A stretch of DNA of 64,000 nucleotides, taken from NCBI GenBank assembly GCA_965215565.1, contig CBDCDZ010000004.1, positions 3,776,001 to 3,840,000 on the forward strand, read 5' to 3'. Both the position numbers and the translations under genes were made by a program. Under the pieces are notes generated by a model that saw nothing but the letters and a program-made list of their open reading frames with translations, had not been told where the DNA came from and did no database searches. Source of the DNA: Trueperaceae bacterium (lineage in GTDB: Bacteria; Deinococcota; Deinococci; Deinococcales; Trueperaceae). Of the stretch, positions 1 to 8,710 are shown piece by piece; positions within the stretch are counted from its first letter, which is position 1, and the number at the start of each line of letters is the position of its first letter.

Positions 1-607
1 TCTCGTCATCCTGACCGATAACTTCAGGCTGCGTGACTTCCGCTTCTTCGGTAGGCTCTTCGGGCTCCTCGGCGCGTGGCGCTAAGATGGCGACGAGCGT
101 GCGCTCGGGCTCGTCTAAAATTTCCGCTTCCGAGGGCAACATGTGGAGGATGTCCGAGATGTGAATGGCGTCGCCGATTTCCAGAGCGCTGACGTCCACT
201 TCCAAGTTGCTGGGAATGAGGCGCGGCAAGATGTTGATACGCACGTCGCGGCGCTGAACGTCCACCTGACCGCCCTGCTTCGCGCCCGCGGGCGTACCGA
301 CGAAGTCGATGACGACGGCCACCTCGACCACTTGACCCGCCGTGACCGCGTAGAAGTCCACGTGGATGGGCTCGCGGCGGCGCTTATTCATCTGCACGGC
401 GCGGACCAAGACGTCGTGGCTCTCGCCGTCAATCTCTAAGTCGATGATGTTCGAGGTGCCCTGCGAGCGAAACGCCTTGTCAAAGGCTCTCGTCTCTAAG
501 CTCACCGGAATGTTGGTCTCCTTGTTGTAGACCACGCCGGGCAAGTGTCCCGTTTTGCGAATGGCGTTCGCCTCACCGGGCGTGCGTTTCTCTGCGGTTA
601 ACTTCAT
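1..607 (-). CDS. rplY: 50S ribosomal protein L25/general stress protein Ctc (3' end runs off window)
   Basis: Manual translation from ATG at 607 gives MKLTAEKRTPGEANAIRKTGHLPGVVYNK...PIHVDFYAV..., with an acidic C-terminal tail. GGAGG RBS upstream. Absent from the ORF track because it is truncated. Confidence 0.93.
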   Translation of the reverse strand, partial: MKLTAEKRTPGEANAIRKTGHLPGVVYNKETNIPVSLETRAFDKAFRSQGTSNIIDLEIDGESHDVLVRAVQMNKRRREPIHVDFYAVTAGQVVEVAVVIDFVGTPAGAKQGGQVDVQRRDVRINILPRLIPSNLEVDVSALEIGDAIHISDILHMLPSEAEILDEPERTLVAILAPRAEEPEEPTEEAEVTQPEVIGQDDE

Positions 608-799
608 GGTTCCTCCTGGTGCCTTGATTTCGCTGTCTGGATGATGGTGTGACCGTTCGTCATATCAACGCGACATGCTCTAAATCTTTTAACGTTCGGC
701 TGCTAAGCGCAACCGTCAGCAACAAACCGAGATGATACCACTAAATGCCTCGAGCTTGTGAAAGCTGCTTCAGCGTCCGCCAGAGTTAATATGAATGCT

Positions 800-891
800 G
801 AGGTTGTATCACGCAGATATCATCTTAATAACGTGCGTACTCAGCAGACGCTCTTTTCACTAAGAGCGTTTCTAACCAGCTGACCTGTGCC
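800..891. repeat. Degenerate copy of TAGCAG-MITE family
   Basis: Reverse-complement similarity (cagatatcatc..., gagcgtttctaaccagctgacctg) to the copies at 19030 and 57762. Confidence 0.45.
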
Positions 892-915
892 CTGCTTTAG
901 CGGGTATACCTGCTT

Positions 916-1860
916 TCATGTCTGAAAAAGCTGACTCACCGAGTCGTTCTCGTGGACGTTGTGAATGGCTTTGGCTAAGAGCGGCGCGACCGAGAGCACC
1001 TTGATGCGCTCATGCTGCCCCTCGATGGGAACCGTGTCGGTGATGAACACTTCGCTGATGGCGTCGTGGCTGAGACGCTCTAAAGCGGGCGGCGTAAACA
1101 CGGGATGTGTCGCGACGACGCGCACGTCAGGCTCCGCGCCTAAATCTAAAAGTGCATCAACGGCTCGCGTAATCGTTCCGGCAGTTGAGATCATATCGTC
1201 CGCGATGATGGGGCGCTTGCCCTCCACCTCGCCGATGACGTGCGTCACGCTCGTCTCGGTGGGACTGCTGCGGCGCTTATACAAAATGGAAAGAGGTAAG
1301 CCTAAGTGGTTGGCGAGCCGCCGCGCTTCGGTAGCCCTGCCCACATCGGGCGAGACGACGACGCTGTCACTGAGGTCGAGCGTCTCCAAGTGACCACCCA
1401 AAATACCGAGCGCGGTCAGGTGGTCCACAGGCACGTCGAAAAAGCCTTGAACCTGTCCGGCGTGTAGGTCAACTGTGATGACCCGGTCAAACCCGGCGGT
1501 CTGCATGAGGTTGGCGACGAGCTTGCCCGTGATGGGCTCTCTCGCCTGCACCTTTTTGTCCTGCCGTGCGTAGCCGAAATACGGCACCACCGCGTTGATG
1601 CGCCACGCCGAAGCGCGGCGCAAGGCGTCCGCGAAGACGAGGAGTTCCATAAGGTTGTGGTTCACGGGCGAGCAGGTGGACTGGACGATGTAGCAGTCCG
1701 CGCCGCGCACCGACTCCTCGATCTGCACGCGGCTCTCGCTGTCAGGGAACTGTGAGACCCAGCCCTTGGAGAGTTCGCGCCCTAAATGCTTGGCGACGTT
1801 CGTCGCGAGTTCGGGCGTGGCGTTGCCGCAGAAGATTTTAACTTCGTCGCCGGTGTTCAT
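916..1860 (-). CDS. prs: Ribose-phosphate pyrophosphokinase
   Basis: VVPYFGYARQDKK, DLHAGQVQGFF, VVSPDVG and DDMISTAGT motifs. Start at MNTGDEV is more likely than the ORF-track start at 1890. Confidence 0.96.
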   Translation of the reverse strand: MNTGDEVKIFCGNATPELATNVAKHLGRELSKGWVSQFPDSESRVQIEESVRGADCYIVQSTCSPVNHNLMELLVFADALRRASAWRINAVVPYFGYARQDKKVQAREPITGKLVANLMQTAGFDRVITVDLHAGQVQGFFDVPVDHLTALGILGGHLETLDLSDSVVVSPDVGRATEARRLANHLGLPLSILYKRRSSPTETSVTHVIGEVEGKRPIIADDMISTAGTITRAVDALLDLGAEPDVRVVATHPVFTPPALERLSHDAISEVFITDTVPIEGQHERIKVLSVAPLLAKAIHNVHENDSVSQLFQT

Positions 1861-2239
1861 GACCTGACACTCATGACGCTGCCATGACACGCTTGGGGAG
1901 GACGGGACATACGCTATAAAACGGGGGGTGAAACAAGGGAAACCTCACTCAAATGTCGCTGCTCGAACATCATCTGTTGGGGCGTGGTGATTGGATTGTG
2001 GCAGGGCAAAACGCCGAAAATGCCAAGGGTGAGTATACACAGAAAAGCGCTCCTACGCAAAAGGTTTGAGGCAGATTATATCCGCAGCTAAGGTGCAAAG
2101 TCGCATACTTCACTTTGAGCCTTTGGCATTTCTTGGCTTGTCAGCCCGCCCTACTTCGTTTCAAAAACGCCCGTCCCTATTGCTATAACCCCAGGTGTTT
2201 TGCTATGCTACCTCTTCGGAGCGTTTGGTCTCATTAGTT

Positions 2240-2360
2240 TTACAATAAGCTGAGACGAACGGACGCAGATCTCAGTTCGAAGAACTAGCGGGATTTCATC
2301 TTTGAACGTGCACGTTGAACAGTATTCGGTAAGCTAAGAGCGTTTCTGACCAGATGATTG
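2240..2360. repeat. Degenerate copy of TAGCAG-MITE family
   Basis: taagagcgtttctgaccagatga matches the reverse complement of the MITE left-end block tcatctggtttgagacgctct. Confidence 0.4.
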
Positions 2361-2392
2361 CGCGAAGCTTTACGAAGTAACCTGCTGTTCAT

Positions 2393-2476
2393 GCCGAGGT
2401 GGCGGAACCGGTAGACGCGCTAGATTCAGGTTCTAGTCCTCGAGAGAGGGTGAGAGTTCAAGTCTCTTCCTCGGCA
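2393..2476 (+). tRNA. tRNA-Leu(CAG)
   Basis: Acceptor stem GCCGAGG/CCTCGGC. Anticodon arm CTAGA-TTCAGGT-TCTAG. Long variable arm and GTTCAAG T-loop. CCA not encoded. Confidence 0.95.
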
Positions 2477-2485
2477 TCACGTAAA

Positions 2486-2525
2486 GTCCCCGCATCATGA
2501 CCTCTTCACAGGTTGATGCGGGGAT
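2486..2525 (+). terminator. Hairpin downstream of tRNA-Leu
   Basis: TCCCCGCATCA...TGATGCGGGGA inverted repeat followed by T-rich bases. Confidence 0.6.
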
Positions 2526-2740
2526 TTCTCTATGGTTTTTTGCGCCTCGACCTCTTGCGCCAACTCATCCACTACGTCGCAGAAGTCTTACATCGCCGGA
2601 ACCGCTCTGAAAATGAGGAGTGCGCCGCTAAAAAGCTGCTCGCTGAGCGCCTGCTGCGACGCGGCTTTCTTGAGAACCTGCAAAGACGGGGGCATGTGGA
2701 CCTCCTGCCTTAGTTTACCTCAGCCGTATCTTTGCAACCT

Positions 2741-3100
2741 CTAGGTCCATACTCCCACAAATGTCCAAAAGGTCAGCGCCAGAAATAAAGAGGTGACGAG
2801 CGTGTATATAAGCGTCGAAAGTTGCCCGAGTTGCGGTTTCAACTCACGCCAACTGAACGCCAGAATAATGAGGCAAGCTAGAGGTGACAAAGACCCAAAT
2901 AACGACCCCACGACCTTTCGCCACACAGCGACCTCTCTATAGCCGAACTCAGCTATGACGGTGCTAAGGTGGCTGTTTAAGAGCAGCCCCGCCGTCATTA
3001 CGAATGGCGCGATGAGGCGGAGCCATAGGCGCTCTTCTCGAGTCCACGACTGGACATAGTAAAACAAGATAGCTCCGAAGAGAAAGAGCGACATGAGCAT
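2741..3100 (-). CDS. Small hypothetical membrane protein (about 4 TM)
   Basis: 119 aa with several hydrophobic segments. Confidence 0.55.
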   Translation of the reverse strand: MLMSLFLFGAILFYYVQSWTREERLWLRLIAPFVMTAGLLLNSHLSTVIAEFGYREVAVWRKVVGSLFGSLSPLACLIILAFSWRELKPQLGQLSTLIYTLVTSLFLALTFWTFVGVWT

Positions 3101-3253
3101 ACTGCTCTACTCTGGCGCTTGCGACACTTCTCTTCAGTGCAAAACTTTATTTCGCAAAGCCGCGCTGCGTTCGTTTAGAATTACCATAAAAAAGCCTGAG
3201 TCCACATATATAGACTCAGACTTTATAGAGAGCTGAGGGTAGGCTATACCCGT

Positions 3254-4858
3254 TTAATCCGTTGGCGCGGCTGCCTCTGAATTTTGATCAGGCAAGACCT
3301 CTTCCCTGAACTCCGTCTGCAAACCTTTGTAGAGACTGACGCAGATGAGCAAAACCACCACGGCGAAGGGCAAACCGAGCGTGATGGCGGCGGTCTGCAA
3401 GGCGGAGAGCCCGCCGCCGATAAGGAGCACCGCCGCCACCGTTCCCTCCGTCACCGCCCAGAAAATCCGCTGGGTTACGGGCGCGTCCTCTTTGCCGCCA
3501 GCGGTAATGCTGTCGATGACCAGCGAGCCCGAGTCCGACGAGGTGATAAAGAAGGTCATGACCAGCAGGATGCCTAAAAGCGAGGCGACGCGCCCGAAAG
3601 GAAGTTGGTCAAACATGACGAAAAGCGCTGTGGAGATATCCGCGTTGACCGCCCCGACGATATCGCCGACGCCGCCTAGCGCCTGAGAGAGCGCCGCGCC
3701 GCCGAAGGCGGAGAACCAGAAGAAGGAGACGATGCTCGGCACGATCAGGACGCCCAGCATGAACTGCTTGACGGTGCGCCCCTTCGAGACGCGGGCGATG
3801 AACATGCCCACGAAAGGCGACCAGGAAATCCACCACGCCCAGTAGAAGACCGTCCAGCTATTTTGCCAACTGCCGCCCTCGTACGCCTCGCCCCAGGTGC
3901 TCATAAAGGCTAAGTTCTGCAGGTAGAACCCCACGTTTTGAATGAACCCGTTGAGGATAAAGAGCGTCGGACCCGCAATCACCACAAACGCTAAGAGCAC
4001 CACGGCGATATTGATGTTCAGCTCGCTGAGCCGCCGGACGCCGCCATCTAACCCTGCGACAACAGAAAGCGTCGCGATGCCCGTGATGATCGCGATGAGG
4101 ATGACCTGCGTCGTGACCGAGTCAGGGATGCCGAAGAGATAGTTCATCCCTGCGTTGGCTTGCCCGACGCCTAAGCCGAGCGACGTCGCTAGACCGAAGA
4201 GCGTCGCTAGCACCGCCAAGGTGTCGATGACGTCGCCGGGCCAGCTATAGATGCGCTCCCCTAAGAGGGGATAAAAGGCTGAGCGCACGGTAAGAGGCAG
4301 CCCCCAGTTGTAGGCGAAGAAGGCGAGCGCCAACCCAACGACAGCGTAGATTGCCCACGCATGGATGCCCCAGTGAAAGAACGTGACCGCCGTCGCGACT
4401 TGCGCCGCGTCCGGTGTGCCTGCTTCGGCTAAGAAGGGCGGCGTAGAGAAGTGCAAGACGGGCTCCGCCACGCCGTAAAACATGATGCCGATGCCCATGC
4501 CCGCGCTAAAGAGCATGGCGAACCACGCCCACAGGGTGAATTCCGGCTTCGCGTCCTGCCCGCCGATGCGCACCTTTCCGAAGCGGCTGAACGCCAGAAA
4601 GAAGGCGAACAGAACAAAGATATTCGCCGCGACGATGAGCAGCCAGCCGAACTTGTTCGCGATAAAGGCTTGCATGGCGCTGAAGACGCTCGCCGCTTGG
4701 TCTTGATAGGCGAGCGTCAAAACGACCATGACGATGATGAGCGCGCTCGAGACGAAAAACACCGGGTTGTGCACGTCGAAGCCCGCGAACTGAACGTTAC
4801 TACTCCCTATATCGTGCTCAGCCTCTTTGCCGCTTTTGTTCCCCTTTTTTAACGCCAT
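3254..4858 (-). CDS. BCCT family (betaine/choline/carnitine) transporter
   Basis: WFAMLFSAGMGIG, HWGIHAWAIY and WTVFYWAWWISWSPFVGMFIARVSKGRT signatures. Confidence 0.95.
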   Translation of the reverse strand: MALKKGNKSGKEAEHDIGSSNVQFAGFDVHNPVFFVSSALIIVMVVLTLAYQDQAASVFSAMQAFIANKFGWLLIVAANIFVLFAFFLAFSRFGKVRIGGQDAKPEFTLWAWFAMLFSAGMGIGIMFYGVAEPVLHFSTPPFLAEAGTPDAAQVATAVTFFHWGIHAWAIYAVVGLALAFFAYNWGLPLTVRSAFYPLLGERIYSWPGDVIDTLAVLATLFGLATSLGLGVGQANAGMNYLFGIPDSVTTQVILIAIITGIATLSVVAGLDGGVRRLSELNINIAVVLLAFVVIAGPTLFILNGFIQNVGFYLQNLAFMSTWGEAYEGGSWQNSWTVFYWAWWISWSPFVGMFIARVSKGRTVKQFMLGVLIVPSIVSFFWFSAFGGAALSQALGGVGDIVGAVNADISTALFVMFDQLPFGRVASLLGILLVMTFFITSSDSGSLVIDSITAGGKEDAPVTQRIFWAVTEGTVAAVLLIGGGLSALQTAAITLGLPFAVVVLLICVSLYKGLQTEFREEVLPDQNSEAAAPTD

Positions 4859-5422
4859 ATCGTTCCTTTCCGCTGCTCCCCCAAGAGGTCAACGTGGAAC
4901 TCACCGCCCGCCGCTACGTTTTCGCTGCTGCGCCGTTAGGCTTATTTACACCTTGTGGATGACGCATTCATGACGCAGCCGCGCGGCGTAACAACTCTGC
5001 ATTTACCTATTTCACAAAGAAGACGCGATTTTCACGAAGAGAACATGGCGAATACGCTGCAAGCGAGTAGGTCACCGCGGAACGGATCAGAGTTCTATCC
5101 CACGCGCACGTCTCGAGGCTCGCTCTAGTTTTGGCGACTTAACCTTGTCTCGAGCCTTCAAACGAGTAAGCAACAGGTAGAGGTTGTGCGCAGTAGATAC
5201 GCGCAGCGTTGCGAGGCGGTGAATGACTTACAAGGAGTTATACCACACGCTCATATATCACCCAAAAACGCTCGGCTTGCGCGAGCCTCAGAAAAATGTC
5301 AGACGCGGCTGCCACGCTATGAACCACACCGTGAGAACAGCGGCGCGGAAGGTGTTTGCACTCTACGCCGGGCGCGGCGCTATTACCGCGTCCCCCTGGG
5401 AGGAGGGGCAACAGGTCAAGGT

Positions 5423-7219
5423 TCAATAGAGCGCTTTGTAAATCTCGTAGTCGAGGAGTACCGACTGCAGATATTCCCTCGGTTCGGCGCGGCCGATAAA
5501 GCGGTAGAACTCCGTTTTGTCGCCGCTTATAGGTGCGGACTCAAAGAGTCGCCCGATATAGCCTTGTCCGCCGTTGTAAGAGGGCACGACGCGCTCTAAG
5601 TCGCCGCCGAAGTAGTCCATGAGCCAGCGCAGGTAGAACGCGCCGTAGCGGATGTTGTCCTCGGGATCAAAAGGATCGCCGGGCGTTTCGCCGAGCAGTT
5701 CCGCCACCCAGTCCCAGGTAGGCGAGACGAACTGCATGAGTCCCTCTGCGCCCGTATGCGACACCGCCTTAGGATAGAAGCGCGACTCTTTGCGCATGAC
5801 CGCCCAGACGAGTTCGGGTTCGATCTCTCTAAGCGCAGCTTGTGCGTTCACAAGTGACGGATACGCCCTCGGATACGCCGCCCGCCAGGTGCGCAGGTCG
5901 CGGCTGCTGCGCCCCAAGTACGCTTCGGCGGCGCGGGCGCTCTGGCGGTACTCACCGAGGGCTTGAAGTTTTTCAGCAATCGTTACCGTTTCTGCTTCAC
6001 CTCTCGCGTCCCTAAGCGCAAAGCGCAGTTCGCCCACCGCCGCCTCTGGATCATGCGCTTCCATGAGCGCGTCGGCGAGCGCTAGAACAGGAGATTCAGC
6101 AGCGGGCAATGAAGAGGTCTGGGGCAGCTCGAGCCCCAAGCCCTCCTTCAATCCGAAGAAAGAAAAGGCAGGCAAAAGCGCTCTTGCGCGTTGAGCCGCC
6201 GCCTCATCGCCGTAACGCTCAGCCAGCACGAGCGCCCGGTACGCGGCGTCGTCGGCGTAGCTCGAGCCCATGCTCGCAAGTTCTAAGTAGATAGGGATGG
6301 TGTCTTCAGCGCGGCCTCGAGACTCGAGTAGGTCCGTCGCGCCCCACAGCCGCCGCGCCTCGCCCGTCTGCACAAAGAGGTCTACTGCCGCGTCTACGTC
6401 CCCTTCGCGCCGCGCCACGACGCCCCGCCCGTAGAGCGCGTCGCTGCCCGGCAAGTCGGCAAAGCGCGCGTCCGCCTCCTCATTGCGCCCGAGCGACAAG
6501 AGCGCCCAAGCCTCGCCGTAACGCGCTTCTAGGCTGCTTGGGGCCTCCTGCAACCAGCGCCCGTACGCCTCTAACGCCCGCTGATATTCACCTAGCGCGC
6601 GGTACGCGGGCGCTTCGATAGAAGGAACCGTGCGGCCTTCTAGCGCGGCTAGAGCGCGGCTGTACATCCTACTTCTGTAAGTAGATATTCGCTAACGTGC
6701 CAACGGGTCCGGCTCGAGTCTCTCGAGTCCAGCTACCGCAGCTCCTCCAAGAGGTAGCGCCTGCGCGTAGGCGTTGCTCGCTTCCTCTACGAACCCGGCT
6801 CGCTCAGCGGTCTGGGCACGCTCGAGCTGGAGCGCACGCGCCTCACCTCTCGCTAGCGGGTCAACCAGTTTGAGCCTAAAGGCGCGCCTGTAGTAGCCTG
6901 CGCGCTCGGCAGCAGGAAGATCGCTTCTAGCGAGCGTCAGGAGCACGCGGTAGGTCAAAAAGTCCTCGGCGTCTCGCGCTAAGAGCGCCCCGAGCACGTC
7001 CCTATCCTCTTGCTGCGCGGCGTCATAGAAACGCCTGTAGTCCTCTAGCGACGCAACGTTTTCGTTTCTAGCGTCCTCATAAGGATTGACGATGTCAGCG
7101 CTGACCTCGGGTACAGGAATCTCCCGAAACCCCCAAGGCTGGCTGAGGGCGATAAGCACTAAGCTCATTATGGTGAGGCTCAAGAGTAAGAGAAGTCGCT
7201 GCCGGGTTAGAAGTACCAC
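5423..7219 (-). pseudogene. TPR-containing soluble lytic transglycosylase (Slt-like), interrupted by an in-frame TAG at 6692-6694
   Basis: ORF 6692-7219 (N-terminal anchor) and ORF 5423-6667 (TPRs plus SLT domain: MRKES, GLMQF, SYNGG) are in the same frame, 8 codons apart. Confidence 0.75.
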
Positions 7220-7371
7220 ACCCTAGTCTACGGAGCCCCTGCGCCTCTATGTTAAGAAAGGCGACAAAATGTGAAATAGTTCAAACGGACGCTTTGCCCC
7301 GAGTTTCGCAGCCCCTTTGGTAGTCTTGTGTCTAGGGTGCTGGGGGGGTAAACTGTGATTCGTAGGTGCGT

Positions 7372-7445
7372 GGGCCCTTAGCTCAGTTGGTTAGAGCAGT
7401 CGACTCATAATCGATTGGTCGTGGGTTCAAGTCCCCCAGGGCCCA
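7372..7445 (+). tRNA. tRNA-Ile2(CAT), lysidine type (elongator Met not fully excluded)
   Basis: GGGCCCT/AGGGCCC acceptor stem and GTCGA-CTCATAA-TCGAT anticodon arm. The sequence resembles ileX-type tRNAs and lacks initiator features. Confidence 0.88.
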
Positions 7446-7523
7446 TCCCGAAAAAGCGCGTGACACACGCAAAAGGGGCGACCACCCCGAATGGGGTAGT
7501 CGCCCTAAATTCTGAATTACAGT

Positions 7524-7811
7524 TCAACTACAGCTACAAACTAGCGTCTGATACCCTTTACCCTTTTTACGCGCGAGGTTTCTGAGACGCCCCAACGTAT
7601 CCTCGTCCAGCCGCAGTGAAGTGCTCGTGCTCCGTTTGCAGACGGGGCGCGCGGGGAATTCCTGTGTAGCAGCTTCGTCCATAAGCTCCTCGCTTCAGAC
7701 GTGCGTGCTCCAAAAGTTATGCTCCTGACGTTCGTTCTTAAAAACGGGTAGGTCGTCCTTGCTATAAACGATGGTGAACCCGTCCTCGGTTTTTTCAGGT
7801 CGCTCTGCCAT
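7524..7811 (-). pseudogene. CopG/BrnA-like antitoxin pseudogene
   Basis: MAERPEK...HNFWSTHV*SEELMDE...STSLRLDEDTLGRLRNLARKKGKGYQTL. In-frame TGA at 7695-7697, and the C-terminus is truncated. Confidence 0.75.
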
Positions 7812-7869
7812 CGTAAAAGTATACACGGCGCTTAGAGGGCAGTTTAACAAGCAGATGCTAAACTGTCCC

Positions 7870-8085
7870 ATGCGCACTGTAAAAGCTCTCATCAACGAGC
7901 ACGGCAAAGTAGAACTTTTAGAGCCCCTCACGCTGAGTGAAGAGCGCCAAGCCCTCGTCACCATCCTCGACACGCCCACTCAAGAGCCGCGCCCCTTCGG
8001 GCTCTGCAAGGGCGAATTCAGCGTGCCAGATGACTTCGACGCGCCTCTACCTGACGACACTCTGGATGACTTCGAGCGTACGTGA
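7870..8085 (+). CDS. Orphan VapB/DUF2281-like antitoxin
   Basis: C-terminal PRPFGLCKGEFSVPDDFDAPLP motif typical of PIN-toxin antitoxins. TAAACT -10 box sits just upstream of ATG 7870. Confidence 0.7.
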   Translation: MRTVKALINEHGKVELLEPLTLSEERQALVTILDTPTQEPRPFGLCKGEFSVPDDFDAPLPDDTLDDFERT

Positions 8086-8093
8086 GGCTGCTT

Positions 8094-8498
8094 TTAGTTA
8101 CGCAAATTGATGACCTCAATATTTCCTCTGTACTTTGTCATGTCCCTGTCCACCGTGTAGAGCCGCGTCGCGCCCTTGCTCAGCACCGAGCTGAGGATGA
8201 GCGCGTCCGCCATGCTCAGTCCGTTTCCGTGCGCTAGACGAACCGCCTGGTCAACGATAGGGAGCGCCGTATCATCTAAGAACACCACGTCGTACAGCAG
8301 CGGTATATCGGTGGCTACCTGAAACGCGGCATTTTTGCTCAACATACCCTTCAAGCCGAGCTTCTTCAGCTCGTAAATGCAGACAACGCTTGTCACTAAC
8401 GCATGTTCGCCCTGCGCTGCCTCCTGGGTAAGCTGCCTAACAGTAGGATTCCGCAAGATGAATTCTACGAAGAACCCCGTATCACAGCCGATGGTCAC
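8094..8498 (-). CDS. vapC: PIN-domain toxin (VapC family)
   Basis: Acidic PIN residues in CDTG, YEL, MADALI and YTVDRD. 4-nt overlap with the upstream small gene. Confidence 0.85.
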   Translation of the reverse strand: MTIGCDTGFFVEFILRNPTVRQLTQEAAQGEHALVTSVVCIYELKKLGLKGMLSKNAAFQVATDIPLLYDVVFLDDTALPIVDQAVRLAHGNGLSMADALILSSVLSKGATRLYTVDRDMTKYRGNIEVINLRN

Positions 8499-8710
8499 GT
8501 GCGCTTCTGATCTGCTAGTCGCATACGTTCAAGCTCAGCCACGTACTCTTCGGATACCTCCGCGCCCTCGCTCGCCGCAACTATTCGCGAGAGTGCCGCC
8601 TGCCGCTGGCTTATTTTACTGCCTAAAAACTCCACGAAGTTCAGCACCTCTCGCTGACGCTCAGGGGGCAACTCGCGCAACCTCTCCAAAACTGCCTCTT
8701 CGACGCTCAT
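8495..8710 (-). CDS. DUF2281-like antitoxin
   Basis: LRELPPERQREVLNFVEFL motif. Translationally coupled to both neighbours. Confidence 0.8.
   Translation of the reverse strand: MSVEEAVLERLRELPPERQREVLNFVEFLGSKISQRQAALSRIVAASEGAEVSEEYVAELERMRLADQKRT

Noticed and set aside
2513..2744. Two short plus-strand ORFs after tRNA-Leu
   Set aside because: They start within or at the terminator hairpin and belong to no recognisable family. A gene remnant cannot be excluded.
5186..5599. Small ORFs between the BCCT and slt genes
   Set aside because: No motif, convincing RBS or -10 support, and they partly overlap slt antisense.
6692..7697. Pyrrolysine or selenocysteine readthrough at the in-frame TAG (6692) and TGA (7695)
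   Set aside because: Neither protein family is known to use these residues. Indels and a nonsense mutation explain them more simply.
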